From a virus, in the IMG/VR virus record IMGVR_UViG_3300005393_000308: 45,353 nucleotides of DNA, one strand, 5' to 3'. The number at the start of each line of letters is the position of its first letter. The stretch's first letter is position 1. The notes below the pieces were generated by a model. It made no database searches. It was not told the origin of the DNA and saw nothing but the letters and a program-made list of their open reading frames with translations. Position numbers and translations under genes: made by a program. Shown one piece after another: positions 19,343-28,573 of the stretch.

Positions 19343-20047
19343 GTGATGAGGATGGCAGTTAAGTTTGCGGATGTTGTTGAGGAGCTCCGGGAGCGGTTTC
19401 CGGAGCTGCGGGCTGTCCCCGTGTATGTGGGCAGCTCTGTCTGTCACTTCTATGGCCCCTGCTTCCTGTTTGAACCAGGGGCCGAGCTGGCCGAGAGGTT
19501 GCATGTCTTCTATGGCCAGCTTTTCGAAGAGGCCGACAGCACTCCTGCCATGGGAGTGCTTAGGCAGCAGTTTGAGGGGGTGATGGATATCCTTTCCGCT
19601 GTCCAACCCGGCGTCCACCTGCCGGAGGATATGGACTGGGTGCAGGAGGCGGTAGAGATGGCCGCTCAGCTCCTTGCGGAGATTGGACTGGACCCTGGTG
19701 AGGCTAGCCTGGTGTCCGGCCAGCTGGAGGCTATTGCCTCCCGCATACGGGCTGCTGGCCTGGAGCCCACCGAGGAGGTGGTGGCCGAGTTTATAGTCCT
19801 CCATGAGACCGGTCATTACTTTGACTACCTCAAGACCGGGGATCCAGAGGTCTGGCGATTCCGGGTTAATCTCGCTGTGGTTGACCTGTTGTGTGACGAT
19901 GGTGACCTGGCTGCTGGCTACCGCCAGATGGAGCATGAGGTCAGGGCCGATGAATTTGCCCTGGCTAAGCTGAAGGAACTGTATAGGCCGCGGCGCTCTC
20001 TTCTGGGCGCCGTGTTACGTTTTGTCGGGAAAGGAGGTGACAAGTGA
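19343..20047 (+). CDS. HExxH zinc-metallopeptidase-like protein
   Basis: VLHETGH and HEVRADEFA motifs. Confidence 0.7.
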   Translation: MMRMAVKFADVVEELRERFPELRAVPVYVGSSVCHFYGPCFLFEPGAELAERLHVFYGQLFEEADSTPAMGVLRQQFEGVMDILSAVQPGVHLPEDMDWVQEAVEMAAQLLAEIGLDPGEASLVSGQLEAIASRIRAAGLEPTEEVVAEFIVLHETGHYFDYLKTGDPEVWRFRVNLAVVDLLCDDGDLAAGYRQMEHEVRADEFALAKLKELYRPRRSLLGAVLRFVGKGGDK

Positions 20048-20166
20048 TGAGTGTTGTTGACAATTTGTTTATCGTCTTGCAGGGCTGTCTGAAGATGGCC
20101 ATGCTATGGTCTCCGGCGATTGTTATCGGAGCTATTGTTATTTATATCTTTGAAAGGAGATGAGTA

Positions 20167-20403
20167 GTGATGAAGGATACTTTGTTCTGTTTGTTCCAGG
20201 AGGATATTCGTGAGAAAAAGCAGGCGGCCAGCGGTGCGCGGCACCGGGCTTCCAGGGGCAAAAAGCCGGTGTCTGTTAAGACACCGGCGGACATGATTGA
20301 CGGCCGGACTAAAGCCGGCCGTGCCTACAAAGGCGCTTCCCCGGTCACAGTCTACAGACTGGACCCCCTGACTGGGGAGCTGATCTTTGTAGGGATAGAA
20401 TAG
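20167..20403 (+). CDS. Hypothetical basic protein
   Basis: AAAGGAG RBS; followed by hairpin 20411-20440. Confidence 0.6.
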   Translation: MMKDTLFCLFQEDIREKKQAASGARHRASRGKKPVSVKTPADMIDGRTKAGRAYKGASPVTVYRLDPLTGELIFVGIE

Positions 20404-20479
20404 CACATTTGGCGGCTGCTGTCAATAGATGGCGGCCGCTGTTCTGTCTTATTAATTAAACAAAGGAGGGGATTGATTT

Positions 20480-20917
20480 ATGCTGTCTGTTCTGAAGGAG
20501 TCCGTTGATGTTAAACTACTGGAGGGGCTGGTGTTGAAGCTGGCGGCCAGGATTAAGTCGCCCAAGCCCTGGCCGGATGAGCCGGCTGTCTATGATATGG
20601 CCGGCTTCAGGGTCTGGGTGGGGGTCACACCGGAGCAGGGCTTCCGCCGGGTGGCTGTCACCCATCCCCAGGACCGCAACTGGACTATGGTCCTGGTGGA
20701 CGCCAACCCTGAGAAAGTCAGGGCGGCTGATAGGAAGGTGATGGTTTACCTTTCTGTCGCTGCCCATGCTCAGTCCTGGTGTGTCCGCCGCTATGTGGGT
20801 CAGGTGAGGTTTGGCGGGGTGCGCCCTATCCTGGTGTGGTTTACTTCCCAGAGGAGGCAGACTGCACCGCGTGATGATCGCGCCGGCGCAGTTTCCGCTG
20901 ACGCTTCAGTTCGTTGA
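20480..20917 (+). CDS. Hypothetical protein
   Basis: AAAGGAGG RBS, 145 aa. Confidence 0.6.
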   Translation: MLSVLKESVDVKLLEGLVLKLAARIKSPKPWPDEPAVYDMAGFRVWVGVTPEQGFRRVAVTHPQDRNWTMVLVDANPEKVRAADRKVMVYLSVAAHAQSWCVRRYVGQVRFGGVRPILVWFTSQRRQTAPRDDRAGAVSADASVR

Positions 20918-21074
20918 GCATATCACGGCGGCCGTCCTGGTAGGCCTGGACCTTGATGTACTCTATAACTGTCTTAAGTTCCCGGTCTTTCAGGCGGCCG
21001 TCCTTGCCCATCCGGATGACTGTTCTCCGACTGACTCCCAGTAGCTGTGCTATCTGTTCCACTGTCAGTGTCAT
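20841..21074 (-). CDS. Excisionase/MerR-like HTH DNA-binding protein
   Basis: LTVEQIAQLLGVSRRTVIRMGKDGRL; GGGAGG RBS. Confidence 0.75.
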   Translation of the reverse strand: MTLTVEQIAQLLGVSRRTVIRMGKDGRLKDRELKTVIEYIKVQAYQDGRRDMLNELKRQRKLRRRDHHAVQSASSGK

Positions 21075-21326
21075 CGTATTCCTCCCTGTTTACTCTGTTG
21101 GGTGTCAAAGTGTTGTGTTAGTCCAGTGGACTCGACCGACACTCTGACACTCCTTTCACCCCTCTATAGTATCTCGTTTGACACTGGCAGCCTTGGAACC
21201 CGCGTCGCTATTGGGTTTCTACTGTTTCCAGCAGGTAAACAGAGGAGGGTGTGTCTGTTGGAAAACTGCATGGAGTGTCAGAATGCCGTGTTAGTCCATG
21301 TGTTTAAAGAGCGCTACTGACACTCC
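21066..21326. promoter_or_regulatory. Cluster of TGACAC-core sites (putative operators)
   Basis: CTGACACTCC at 21144 and 21317, inverted at 21272; further TGACAC/GTGTCA cores near 21068, 21102 and 21179. Confidence 0.5.
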
Positions 21327-21391
21327 CCAGCCTTCGGCTACCGGGGTTGTCCGGTAGTAGTACGATAGATTAATACTCAGGAGGTGGCGTT

Positions 21392-21739
21392 ATGCTTATT
21401 CTCTGTCGCGCCGGCGAGCGGGTGGAAGCCGACATTAAGCTCCAGATCACCCGCTCCCGCAAGGGCCTGCCGGAGGGTTGGCTTTGGGCGCCCCAACTGG
21501 CCCCGTCACCGGAACTGTTTAGAGATTACCTCCGGTGGCGGGACCGTGGTGAGTGGCCCGCTAGGTGGCCCGAGTACCGCGAGCGGTTCCTTTCTGAAAT
21601 GCAGGGCACTGTTCCCCGTCGGTATCTGGAGAGGATCCGGCAGAGGCTGGCGGAGGGCAAGACCGTGGCCCTGGCTTGCTTCTGCCGTGATGAGCGGTAC
21701 TGCCACCGGTCTTTGGTGGCAGAGTTGGTGAGGAGATGA
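21392..21739 (+). CDS. DUF488-family protein
   Basis: QLAPSPELF, YRERFLSEM, VALACFC...CHRSLVAE. Confidence 0.8.
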   Translation: MLILCRAGERVEADIKLQITRSRKGLPEGWLWAPQLAPSPELFRDYLRWRDRGEWPARWPEYRERFLSEMQGTVPRRYLERIRQRLAEGKTVALACFCRDERYCHRSLVAELVRR

Positions 21740-21903
21740 TAGAACGAGAAAGAGCGAGATTGGGGGCGTGAGAAGGAGTGTGAGGACACCCCCCAATCTC
21801 ATCGTCCACTTCCGCTTCCTGTTCCCATCCCATTGTCGCCTGCGTGCTGTCCCTCATTTGGCATAGTACGCAGGCTGTACTTTTAATGTATGGAGGTGTC
21901 TGT

Positions 21904-22365
21904 ATGTTTGTAGAGACTGTTGGGGACTTGTGGGATCTTGCCCGTGGTAGTGTGCTGGTTATTACCACTAACGGGTGCATTAACCGCCACGGTGCGTGTG
22001 TCATGGGCCGGGGGATTGCCCTACAGGCGAAGCAGAGGTTTCCCGGTGTCGCCCTGAAGTTGGGTGGTTATATTCGCCAGTACGGGAACCGGTGCTTCAA
22101 CCTTGGGGTGTGGGAAGGGTACCGTCTGGTGTCTTTCCCTGTAAAGCATCAGTGGGACCAGCCGGCGGATCTGGAGCTTATTGAGCGTTCCGCTCGTCAG
22201 TTAGTGGAGATGGCGGATAAGTTTGGCTGGGAGTGTCTCTATATGCCCCGGCCCGGGTGTGGCAATGGAAGATTAAGCTGGAGCCAGGTGCGCCCGGTGC
22301 TGGAGCGTATCCTGGATGAGCGCTTCGTTGTCTCCAGCGGTGTTGGGAGGGGGGTGTTATCGTGA
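21904..22365 (+). CDS. Macro domain (ADP-ribose binding/hydrolase) protein
   Basis: GDLW, VMGRGIALQAKQRFP, SFPVKHQW, MPRPGCGNGRLSW. Confidence 0.88.
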   Translation: MFVETVGDLWDLARGSVLVITTNGCINRHGACVMGRGIALQAKQRFPGVALKLGGYIRQYGNRCFNLGVWEGYRLVSFPVKHQWDQPADLELIERSARQLVEMADKFGWECLYMPRPGCGNGRLSWSQVRPVLERILDERFVVSSGVGRGVLS

Positions 22366-22870
22366 GGATAGCTATCATTGGTACCCGGCGGCCTTCCCGG
22401 GAGATGGCGGAGTTGTGCATAAAGATAGCCGCCGCCTTCCGGGATTTGGGGTGGGGCTTGTCACAGGCAATGCGGATGGGATAGATGGTATTGCTCGTGA
22501 TGTGTGGAGCGAGCGTTACTCCGACAGGGTGACGCTGGTGCTCCCGTGGCCTGACTACAATCGTGATAAGGTGCGCTCCGGGAATCACGTCGTGGTTTAC
22601 CAGGGCCAGCGGGAGTGGCTGGATAGTGTCGTCCGATATCATCCACCGGGTGCATTCTTGAAGCCCGGCGCGGTCGCGTTACACGCCCGCAACTACGGGA
22701 TAGTAGAACTGGCTGACGTTGTTATTGCCTTTCCGAATGATGGAAAGGAGGGCGGCGGCACGGGACAGGGTATAAGGATTGCCCGGGCGCTGGGTAGGGA
22801 GTTGTTTATCCTGCCTGGTGATTTGGACAGGTTGCGTGGGTTTTATGCTTCTCACCGGCCCTTAACTTAA
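22362..22870 (+). CDS. SLOG/DprA-like protein (one base missing in G run near 22453-22456)
   Basis: GTG start MRIAIIGTR in one frame; VTGNADGID...HARNYGIV...GGTGQGI in the other. Confidence 0.78.
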
Positions 22871-22893
22871 GCCAAAGGCCGGTGATTTAGCTT

Positions 22894-23883
22894 ATGATAA
22901 ATATAAAGGAGGTTATGGTTATGTGTAGCAGAAGCCCACATAGCATGAGCGAGTGGCCGATGGGGGCGCTGCCGCCCATCGTGTCTATGAGGGTAACAGG
23001 GGGTACATTTACCTCCCCGTTTGGTCCTGGGTTTAGGTTCCGGGGCAGGGACGCGGATCTGGAGATTGTCTCCGTCCGCCAGGCTTTGATGAAGCTTGAG
23101 CAGGGAGCAATTTCCGTCCCGGTGTTTGTTGTCAGGAAAGGGGATGGCTCGGAAGTGCAGGCCCGGCTGGGGCATGTACTTCTATATGCCGCCCCGCTGA
23201 AGCCGGTGACTGTGGGTACTCTTCGGATTGTGGATCCGGAGACGGAAACTATTTGGAGAGTCTCTGCAGGTGCCCGTGGGATGTTCGCCACTCAGGCGAC
23301 TCCCGATCCGGACCGGCCCGGTACTACGTCCTGGTTCCACTTCCTTGACAGTTTCAACCAGGATGTGACGCCCTATGTCCATACGGCGGTAGCGTCCGTG
23401 GCAGCGGGGCTAATCGGTTTTCCGGTGAGCTCGCTGAAGGCACCACTGGACAACCGTGCCCAGTGTATCACCTGCAAGGCGTTTCGGCGCCTGCGGGGCA
23501 CTGATCAAATACTGGGCGATGCGGAGGCCCAATATGCCTCCCGTAGTACTTCTGTCCAGAGGACCGAGGGACCCTGGGCGGAGGATGCGTTCTGGTGCTC
23601 TGCCAGACAGGAGGTACCGCCGGATGTTGCCCGGTTGGTGCGGGAGCACAACGCTCTTGCCCGGCGAGGATATCACGACCCGGTGCTCCCGCTCGACCGG
23701 GCAGGTGAGGACTGCACTTCCTACCTACATCAGAATACAGGTAGGAAGAAGCGGAACTCACTTCCTCCCTGGGATGTACCGGCCGCGGTTGTCGGCAGTC
23801 CGGTTATCCGCTCCACTGGCGGTCGAACCGTTATCACTTCTCTCGGTGCCCAGTGGGAGGTTTCCGCTTCACTTCCCTTGTAA
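22894..23883 (+). CDS. Hypothetical protein
   Basis: Long ORF with AAAGGAGG RBS near start; scattered Cys motifs. Confidence 0.6.
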   Translation: MINIKEVMVMCSRSPHSMSEWPMGALPPIVSMRVTGGTFTSPFGPGFRFRGRDADLEIVSVRQALMKLEQGAISVPVFVVRKGDGSEVQARLGHVLLYAAPLKPVTVGTLRIVDPETETIWRVSAGARGMFATQATPDPDRPGTTSWFHFLDSFNQDVTPYVHTAVASVAAGLIGFPVSSLKAPLDNRAQCITCKAFRRLRGTDQILGDAEAQYASRSTSVQRTEGPWAEDAFWCSARQEVPPDVARLVREHNALARRGYHDPVLPLDRAGEDCTSYLHQNTGRKKRNSLPPWDVPAAVVGSPVIRSTGGRTVITSLGAQWEVSASLPL

Positions 23884-23980
23884 TCTCTCAATAAGGGAAG
23901 TGATTTAGCTTATGATTATTAAGAATAATGCGCCCTTCGTACTGCTACTACGAAGGGCGATAACCAAGGAGGTATAAGTT

Positions 23981-25165
23981 ATGAAGGATATCACTGCCTA
24001 CTACGGCACCCTTGTTTCCTTCAGTGTCCTCGACGACTTCACGCTTGTCATCTCTCGGGAAGATCCCGCTGGCGAGCAGTGGCGCATCTGGGAGCCTGTC
24101 GGCAAACTCACACCTCCCGGTCTTCGTGAGGTGGTAGTGGAGCAGTTCCCGTCCGCCCCACAGGTGGAGGATCTGGAGGTCGCCGCCGGTGCCCTGCCCG
24201 ATGAGACAGAGCTCCAACCGGACCTGGAAATGCTAGGGGATGGTGACCCGGGCGACCGGATCCTTCCTCTCGATTATATCACCTCCGGGGATCCGGTGCA
24301 AGACCTGGATCTTCAGGAGGACGTGCTCGATCCGGGCATCCGCGAGGACGCTGAATTGCCGTCGATAGACGGCAAGATATATGTGGATTACAACGTCCTT
24401 GCCCAGCGTAACGCCGGGAATCCTTATGGCTCCCGGCACAGCTTCGCCGGGGTGCGCCCGAACTTCGAGTGTACCCGCGGCGGGCAGTGCGCATCATGCG
24501 GGGATGAGTGGAACCCGCCGCCCTGCCAGAGAGCCTGGGATCGCCACCCGGTGTCCTGGGAGGATTCCCAGGTGCGCTCCCTGGGATTCTTCTGGGTGGT
24601 CGGCGTGTTTCCCAGAAGGGTGCGGGCGGGGGCGTTCCGGGACATCCGTACCCGTGACGGTCGGGTAATCTCCGTTCAAATGAAGGAAAACCCGGTGGTA
24701 CTCGTCCGCTGGCTGGACGAGAGTGATCTCCAACCGGGGATCATTGATCCAGTTACTGGTGAGCGCCACGAGCGCTACTCTATTATGCCCGCTTGGGCTT
24801 TGCTGGACGTTGCTACCGGCGAGCCCTTCCGGTATAAAGAGGAAGAGGCTCGCGTAGCGGTCAGCCCGCGCCGCCAGCAGTTTCGTAAGCGCGTGGTTGC
24901 GCGTTTACACAATGATATTTGGGTGGATGGGCTCATTGTTCCCCGCAAGCATCTAAAGGCAGAATGGTGGAAAGTTGATCTCCAGTCCGAATCCGCCACT
25001 GTCCATGTCTCCTACCCTGATAAACGGGTCACCGTTATCTGGGTGGAGATAGTAGATGGTCGTCCGGTTCCGCTTGGCGGGAGCTCGGCAGAGCGCCTGT
25101 TCGCCGCCCAGGCGGTGGACTGGAAGCTCGCCGAGCTGGCCGAGATAAAGGCGGGTGAGCGGTAG
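23981..25165 (+). CDS. Hypothetical protein (acidic N-terminus, Cys cluster)
   Basis: AAGGAGG RBS; CTRGGQCASC...C. Confidence 0.65.
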   Translation: MKDITAYYGTLVSFSVLDDFTLVISREDPAGEQWRIWEPVGKLTPPGLREVVVEQFPSAPQVEDLEVAAGALPDETELQPDLEMLGDGDPGDRILPLDYITSGDPVQDLDLQEDVLDPGIREDAELPSIDGKIYVDYNVLAQRNAGNPYGSRHSFAGVRPNFECTRGGQCASCGDEWNPPPCQRAWDRHPVSWEDSQVRSLGFFWVVGVFPRRVRAGAFRDIRTRDGRVISVQMKENPVVLVRWLDESDLQPGIIDPVTGERHERYSIMPAWALLDVATGEPFRYKEEEARVAVSPRRQQFRKRVVARLHNDIWVDGLIVPRKHLKAEWWKVDLQSESATVHVSYPDKRVTVIWVEIVDGRPVPLGGSSAERLFAAQAVDWKLAELAEIKAGER

Positions 25166-25362
25166 TGCTTACCCGTGAGTATATGGAAGATAAACTCCTT
25201 CAGTGGAATCCTCACTGGAGGATTTCTACAGTCAAAAGTTGGCATAACCGCCAGCTCTACGCTATTTACAGAAAGGAGCAGGCAAAGCTTTTCCCTGGTC
25301 TCACGGTTATTCCTTACAAGCGGTCTGCTCCGCCCTCGGTACAACTTAGCCTGGATCTGTGA
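25165..25362 (+). CDS. Hypothetical protein
   Basis: Coupled start; ends QLSLDL, resembling a beta-clamp-binding motif. Confidence 0.5.
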   Translation: MLTREYMEDKLLQWNPHWRISTVKSWHNRQLYAIYRKEQAKLFPGLTVIPYKRSAPPSVQLSLDL

Positions 25363-25411
25363 TTTAACTGAATCGTGAAAGATATAAAAGATATATAGAG
25401 AGGAGATCGTC

Positions 25412-25789
25412 ATGGAAATCTTGGCTGTAAAGCTTGAGGGTAGGATTTATATTAATACTACCCCGCATCCTATCACTTTCCAAGACTCACAGGGAGGAGT
25501 TGTTACTGTTCCTTCCTGTGGGCATCTGGTTAACGCCCGGCCAATCGAGGAGCCGGCCGGTGGGCGCGATGGCGTTCAGTTTGTTCGTACCCGATTTGAA
25601 GCCGATGAGGCTTCTGTTCGGATATTGAACGAGATCGAGCGCCAGTACCCCGGTGCGTTTATCATCGGCTCTATCATTGCTGCTCAGGCTTTTCCCGGCC
25701 GGGTGTTGGCAATGGTGCCCGTACCGGGATTTGAGCGGGTGCCGCCCGCGGAGAAGCGTATGCGGGTGGACAAGTTTACGGTGTTCTAG
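25412..25789 (+). CDS. Phage hypothetical protein (NxTPH motif)
   Basis: GAGGAG RBS; INTTPHPITF. Confidence 0.65.
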   Translation: MEILAVKLEGRIYINTTPHPITFQDSQGGVVTVPSCGHLVNARPIEEPAGGRDGVQFVRTRFEADEASVRILNEIERQYPGAFIIGSIIAAQAFPGRVLAMVPVPGFERVPPAEKRMRVDKFTVF

Positions 25790-25801
25790 AGGTTTATCTT
25801 G

Positions 25802-25842
25802 GAGCTGTGCAGAATCTACACCCTGCACGGCTCTCTTTTTTT
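25802..25842 (+). terminator. Intrinsic terminator
   Basis: GAGCTGTGCAG...CTGCACGGCTC stem followed by T tract. Confidence 0.7.
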
Positions 25843-25917
25843 ATGCTCCTCGGTCTTGGCTTTAGCAGGCAGTGGCCTGGGGTAATTTTATCTACCAGAT
25901 AAAGGGAGGTTAGGATT

Positions 25918-26139
25918 ATGTATGTAAGGTATTTCAAAAGCGGTGAGGTATTTGCCGCTGAGCATGTGAAGGCAGATACTTCTGCCGTCCGTTACTTTCG
26001 TATTGACGAGGACGGCTTCACTGTCCCTGCTCCGGATTGTGGCCGTCCCGGCCTCACCGGTGAGGAACTTCTTGCCAGTGGCTGGGAGGAAGTTCCCTTT
26101 GCCGAGGTTCGTCAGCTTGTACACGGCTCGCTCCTGTGA
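25918..26139 (+). CDS. Hypothetical protein
   Basis: GGGAGG RBS. Confidence 0.5.
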   Translation: MYVRYFKSGEVFAAEHVKADTSAVRYFRIDEDGFTVPAPDCGRPGLTGEELLASGWEEVPFAEVRQLVHGSLL

Positions 26140-26448
26140 CATCCTCATTTCCTCCGGTCTGCTTAAACTGTCTTCATTACGACATAATACCGCTATTCAT
26201 CTCCTGGTTTTAATCAGGGGCATTCTGGCGGATCTCTTTGTAAAAGGAAGGTGACATTGATGTTTGCTAAGATCTGTCCAAAATGTGGGCAGTGGTTGTT
26301 TTCCGCTGCCCATAACTGCTATTGGGTTTGCTCCTGTTGCGGGACTGACCTGGCGCTTGAACGACTCTATGACTCCTCTGAATACCATTCTGCAGAACAC
26401 GGGGAGCTAGAGATCTTAAACTGAAAGGAGGAGCGCCGTGAAGTCTCG

Positions 26449-26685
26449 ATGAGTAGGTGTCCTTATTGTAATACCTTGTTTGTCCTCCGCCCGGTTGAAA
26501 TCTATATTCCCTGGCGTGACGATACTGGCCCTGTTCGTATTGCCGGCCGGGACGTACAGGAGTATTACTGTCCTGCCTGCGGCTACTCTTCTTTTACCCC
26601 ACAGACCCATGATACGTTCCGCTGGATTATGGACGAGGTTCAGTCCTATGATGCGGAGCGTGTCCCGTATAATGTTCTATGGTGA
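26449..26685 (+). CDS. Zinc-finger protein (YgiT/MqsA-like)
   Basis: CPYC...YYCPACG. Confidence 0.55.
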   Translation: MSRCPYCNTLFVLRPVEIYIPWRDDTGPVRIAGRDVQEYYCPACGYSSFTPQTHDTFRWIMDEVQSYDAERVPYNVLW

Positions 26686-26699
26686 TTTAACTTAGTTGT

Positions 26700-26748
26700 G
26701 ATACAGTGTATGTATCTTATTGACATACACTGTATCCTGTGTTATAGT
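26700..26748 (+). promoter_or_regulatory. SigmaA-type promoter overlapped by a 14-bp inverted repeat operator
   Basis: TTGACA (26720-25), 17-bp spacer, TATAGT (26743-48); GATACAGTGTATGT / ACATACACTGTATC. Confidence 0.8.
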
Positions 26749-26754
26749 TATAGT

Positions 26755-26868
26755 AGATATGAGGCGTCGAGCGGCGCTACTTCGAATATACTTAGGACGA
26801 AGATGACCAGAAACTAAATAGGGCAACCCCTTATTACTATTTGCGTCACTCATAACTTCCTCATATCT
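26755..26868 (+). ncRNA. Candidate Y RNA (Ro60 partner)
   Basis: Starts at the predicted +1; 10-bp terminal stem AGATATGAGG/CCTCATATCT, GUCGAG bulged-helix-like motif, inner stem GAGCGGCGC/GCGTCACTC; directly upstream of the TROVE gene. Confidence 0.65.
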
Positions 26869-26945
26869 GTTAAGTTTAAGTAGTTGGCGGAGCGTAGAGA
26901 TGGGTTACTCTGTTGGTTAAGCCGTATCATCTGTAAGGAGGGAAT

Positions 26946-28439
26946 ATGTCCCGAGCTACCTCTATGTTTTCTTCTGCCGTACCTCGGCCTGATGCTGTGA
27001 ACCGTGATGGCTATCCTGCCTACCAGCGCCCACTGGAGGAGCAGTATCTTCAGGTATTGCTTACCAACACATTGAGTAATACCTTTTATGCCTCCAGTGA
27101 CCAGCTGCTCCAGGAAGTCGAACAGGTGCATGACACAATGCTGGCGGCCGACCCTGAGTTTATGGCCAAAGCCCTTGTCTTTGCTAGGAATGAGGGCTTT
27201 ATGCGGCTCCAGCCTACCTTCGGCCTGGCAAAGTTGGCCGGTGTGCGGCCTGACCTGTTTGCTCAGGTGTTTGATAGGGTTATCGTGATCCCTAGTGACC
27301 TGCAGGACTTTATGACTATTCTGAGTTCCATGGGGCGTGGTGAGGGTGGCCGTGCCGTGAAGCGACAGGTGGCCCGCTGGCTTAATGAAAAGCTGACCGA
27401 GTACTGGGCCATTAAGTATAATGGCCGCGGCAGGGGATACTCGCTGGGCGACATCGTTCGCACTGTTCACCCGAAACCTGCTGGCCCTAAGCAGTCTGCT
27501 CTATTCAAGTATGTAGTTCACGGTGAGGGTGCAGGAGATTTCCTGCCTCAGATACAAGCATATAAGCTACTGAAACAGGCAGATCCCTCTAGCCGTGCTA
27601 CGCTCATCAGTGCAGGTCGCCTGCCCCATGAGGTTGTGACCGCGGTGGGTGATCTGGATAAGGACTGCTGGAGGGCACTTGTTCTGCAGCTGCCTGCCAT
27701 GGCCCTCCTGAGGTATCTGACCGCCCTGGAACGCCGCGGCGTGCTCGATGAGTTTCAGGACTACATCACCACCCGTCTCACAGATCAGATGACTCTTAAG
27801 AACGCTAAGATTTTTCCCTTCCACTTCCTTAAGGCTTTCCAGCAGGTCCAGAAGCCCTGGGTGAAGGACGTTCTCCGGCAGGCTGTAGAGCTGACTGTGG
27901 CCAATATCCCGGAGATTTCTGGCAAGACCGCCATCTTTCTGGATGTGTCTGGATCGATGGGCGGTGGGCCTCTTCTCATCGGATCGGTGTTTGCCCTGGC
28001 CTTATATAAGCGCACAGGCGGCACTGCGCTGTTCTGGGCGTTTGATACTAAGGTTTACGAGCAGTCGCCGAGTATGGTTGATTCGGTCTTGTCGCAGGCC
28101 GAGCGCATCTGCGACCTTGGTGGTACTGATACCAGTGCACCAATACAACGGTTGGCTGACCGCCGCCTGTTTGTCGATAACATTATTATGATCACAGATG
28201 AACAGCAGAATACAGGTTCGCCGTTCTACGGCGCCCTGGCACAGTACCGGCGGAAAGTCAATTCCAAGGCTAAGACGTTCATTGTTGACATTTCATCTTA
28301 CCGTTCAACTATGGTTCCCCTGACTGACTCTCTTACTCACTATATCTTTGGCTGGTCGGATCAGGTGCTGCACTATATCTCCCGGAGTATTCAGGGGTAT
28401 GGCGGTCTGGTTGAGGCCGTCAGATTGATATCACTTTAG
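26946..28439 (+). CDS. rsr: Ro60/Rsr TROVE-domain RNA-binding protein with vWA domain
   Basis: VNRDGYPAY, NTFYAS, FARNEGFMR, IKYNGRG, HPKP, LDVSGSM (MIDAS), GGTD, ITDEQQN. Confidence 0.92.
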   Translation: MSRATSMFSSAVPRPDAVNRDGYPAYQRPLEEQYLQVLLTNTLSNTFYASSDQLLQEVEQVHDTMLAADPEFMAKALVFARNEGFMRLQPTFGLAKLAGVRPDLFAQVFDRVIVIPSDLQDFMTILSSMGRGEGGRAVKRQVARWLNEKLTEYWAIKYNGRGRGYSLGDIVRTVHPKPAGPKQSALFKYVVHGEGAGDFLPQIQAYKLLKQADPSSRATLISAGRLPHEVVTAVGDLDKDCWRALVLQLPAMALLRYLTALERRGVLDEFQDYITTRLTDQMTLKNAKIFPFHFLKAFQQVQKPWVKDVLRQAVELTVANIPEISGKTAIFLDVSGSMGGGPLLIGSVFALALYKRTGGTALFWAFDTKVYEQSPSMVDSVLSQAERICDLGGTDTSAPIQRLADRRLFVDNIIMITDEQQNTGSPFYGALAQYRRKVNSKAKTFIVDISSYRSTMVPLTDSLTHYIFGWSDQVLHYISRSIQGYGGLVEAVRLISL

Positions 28440-28465
28440 CGTTAATTGGAAACACTATCTCTTAT

Positions 28466-28497
28466 AGGTCTAGCTTATTGCTAGACCTTCTTTTTTT
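28466..28497 (+). terminator. Intrinsic terminator
   Basis: AGGTCTAGC-TTATT-GCTAGACCT plus T tract. Confidence 0.85.
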
Positions 28498-28573
28498 GCC
28501 CCAGCAAGTATAACCATAAGTGGCCTGTTAGGTTTCTTACTATGATTCAACATGTATAAGGAGGTATTTTCGT

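Noticed and set aside
26778-26790. TTCGAAT as the T-loop of a tRNA gene
   Set aside because: No flanking T-stem or cloverleaf; no tRNA gene supported anywhere in the window
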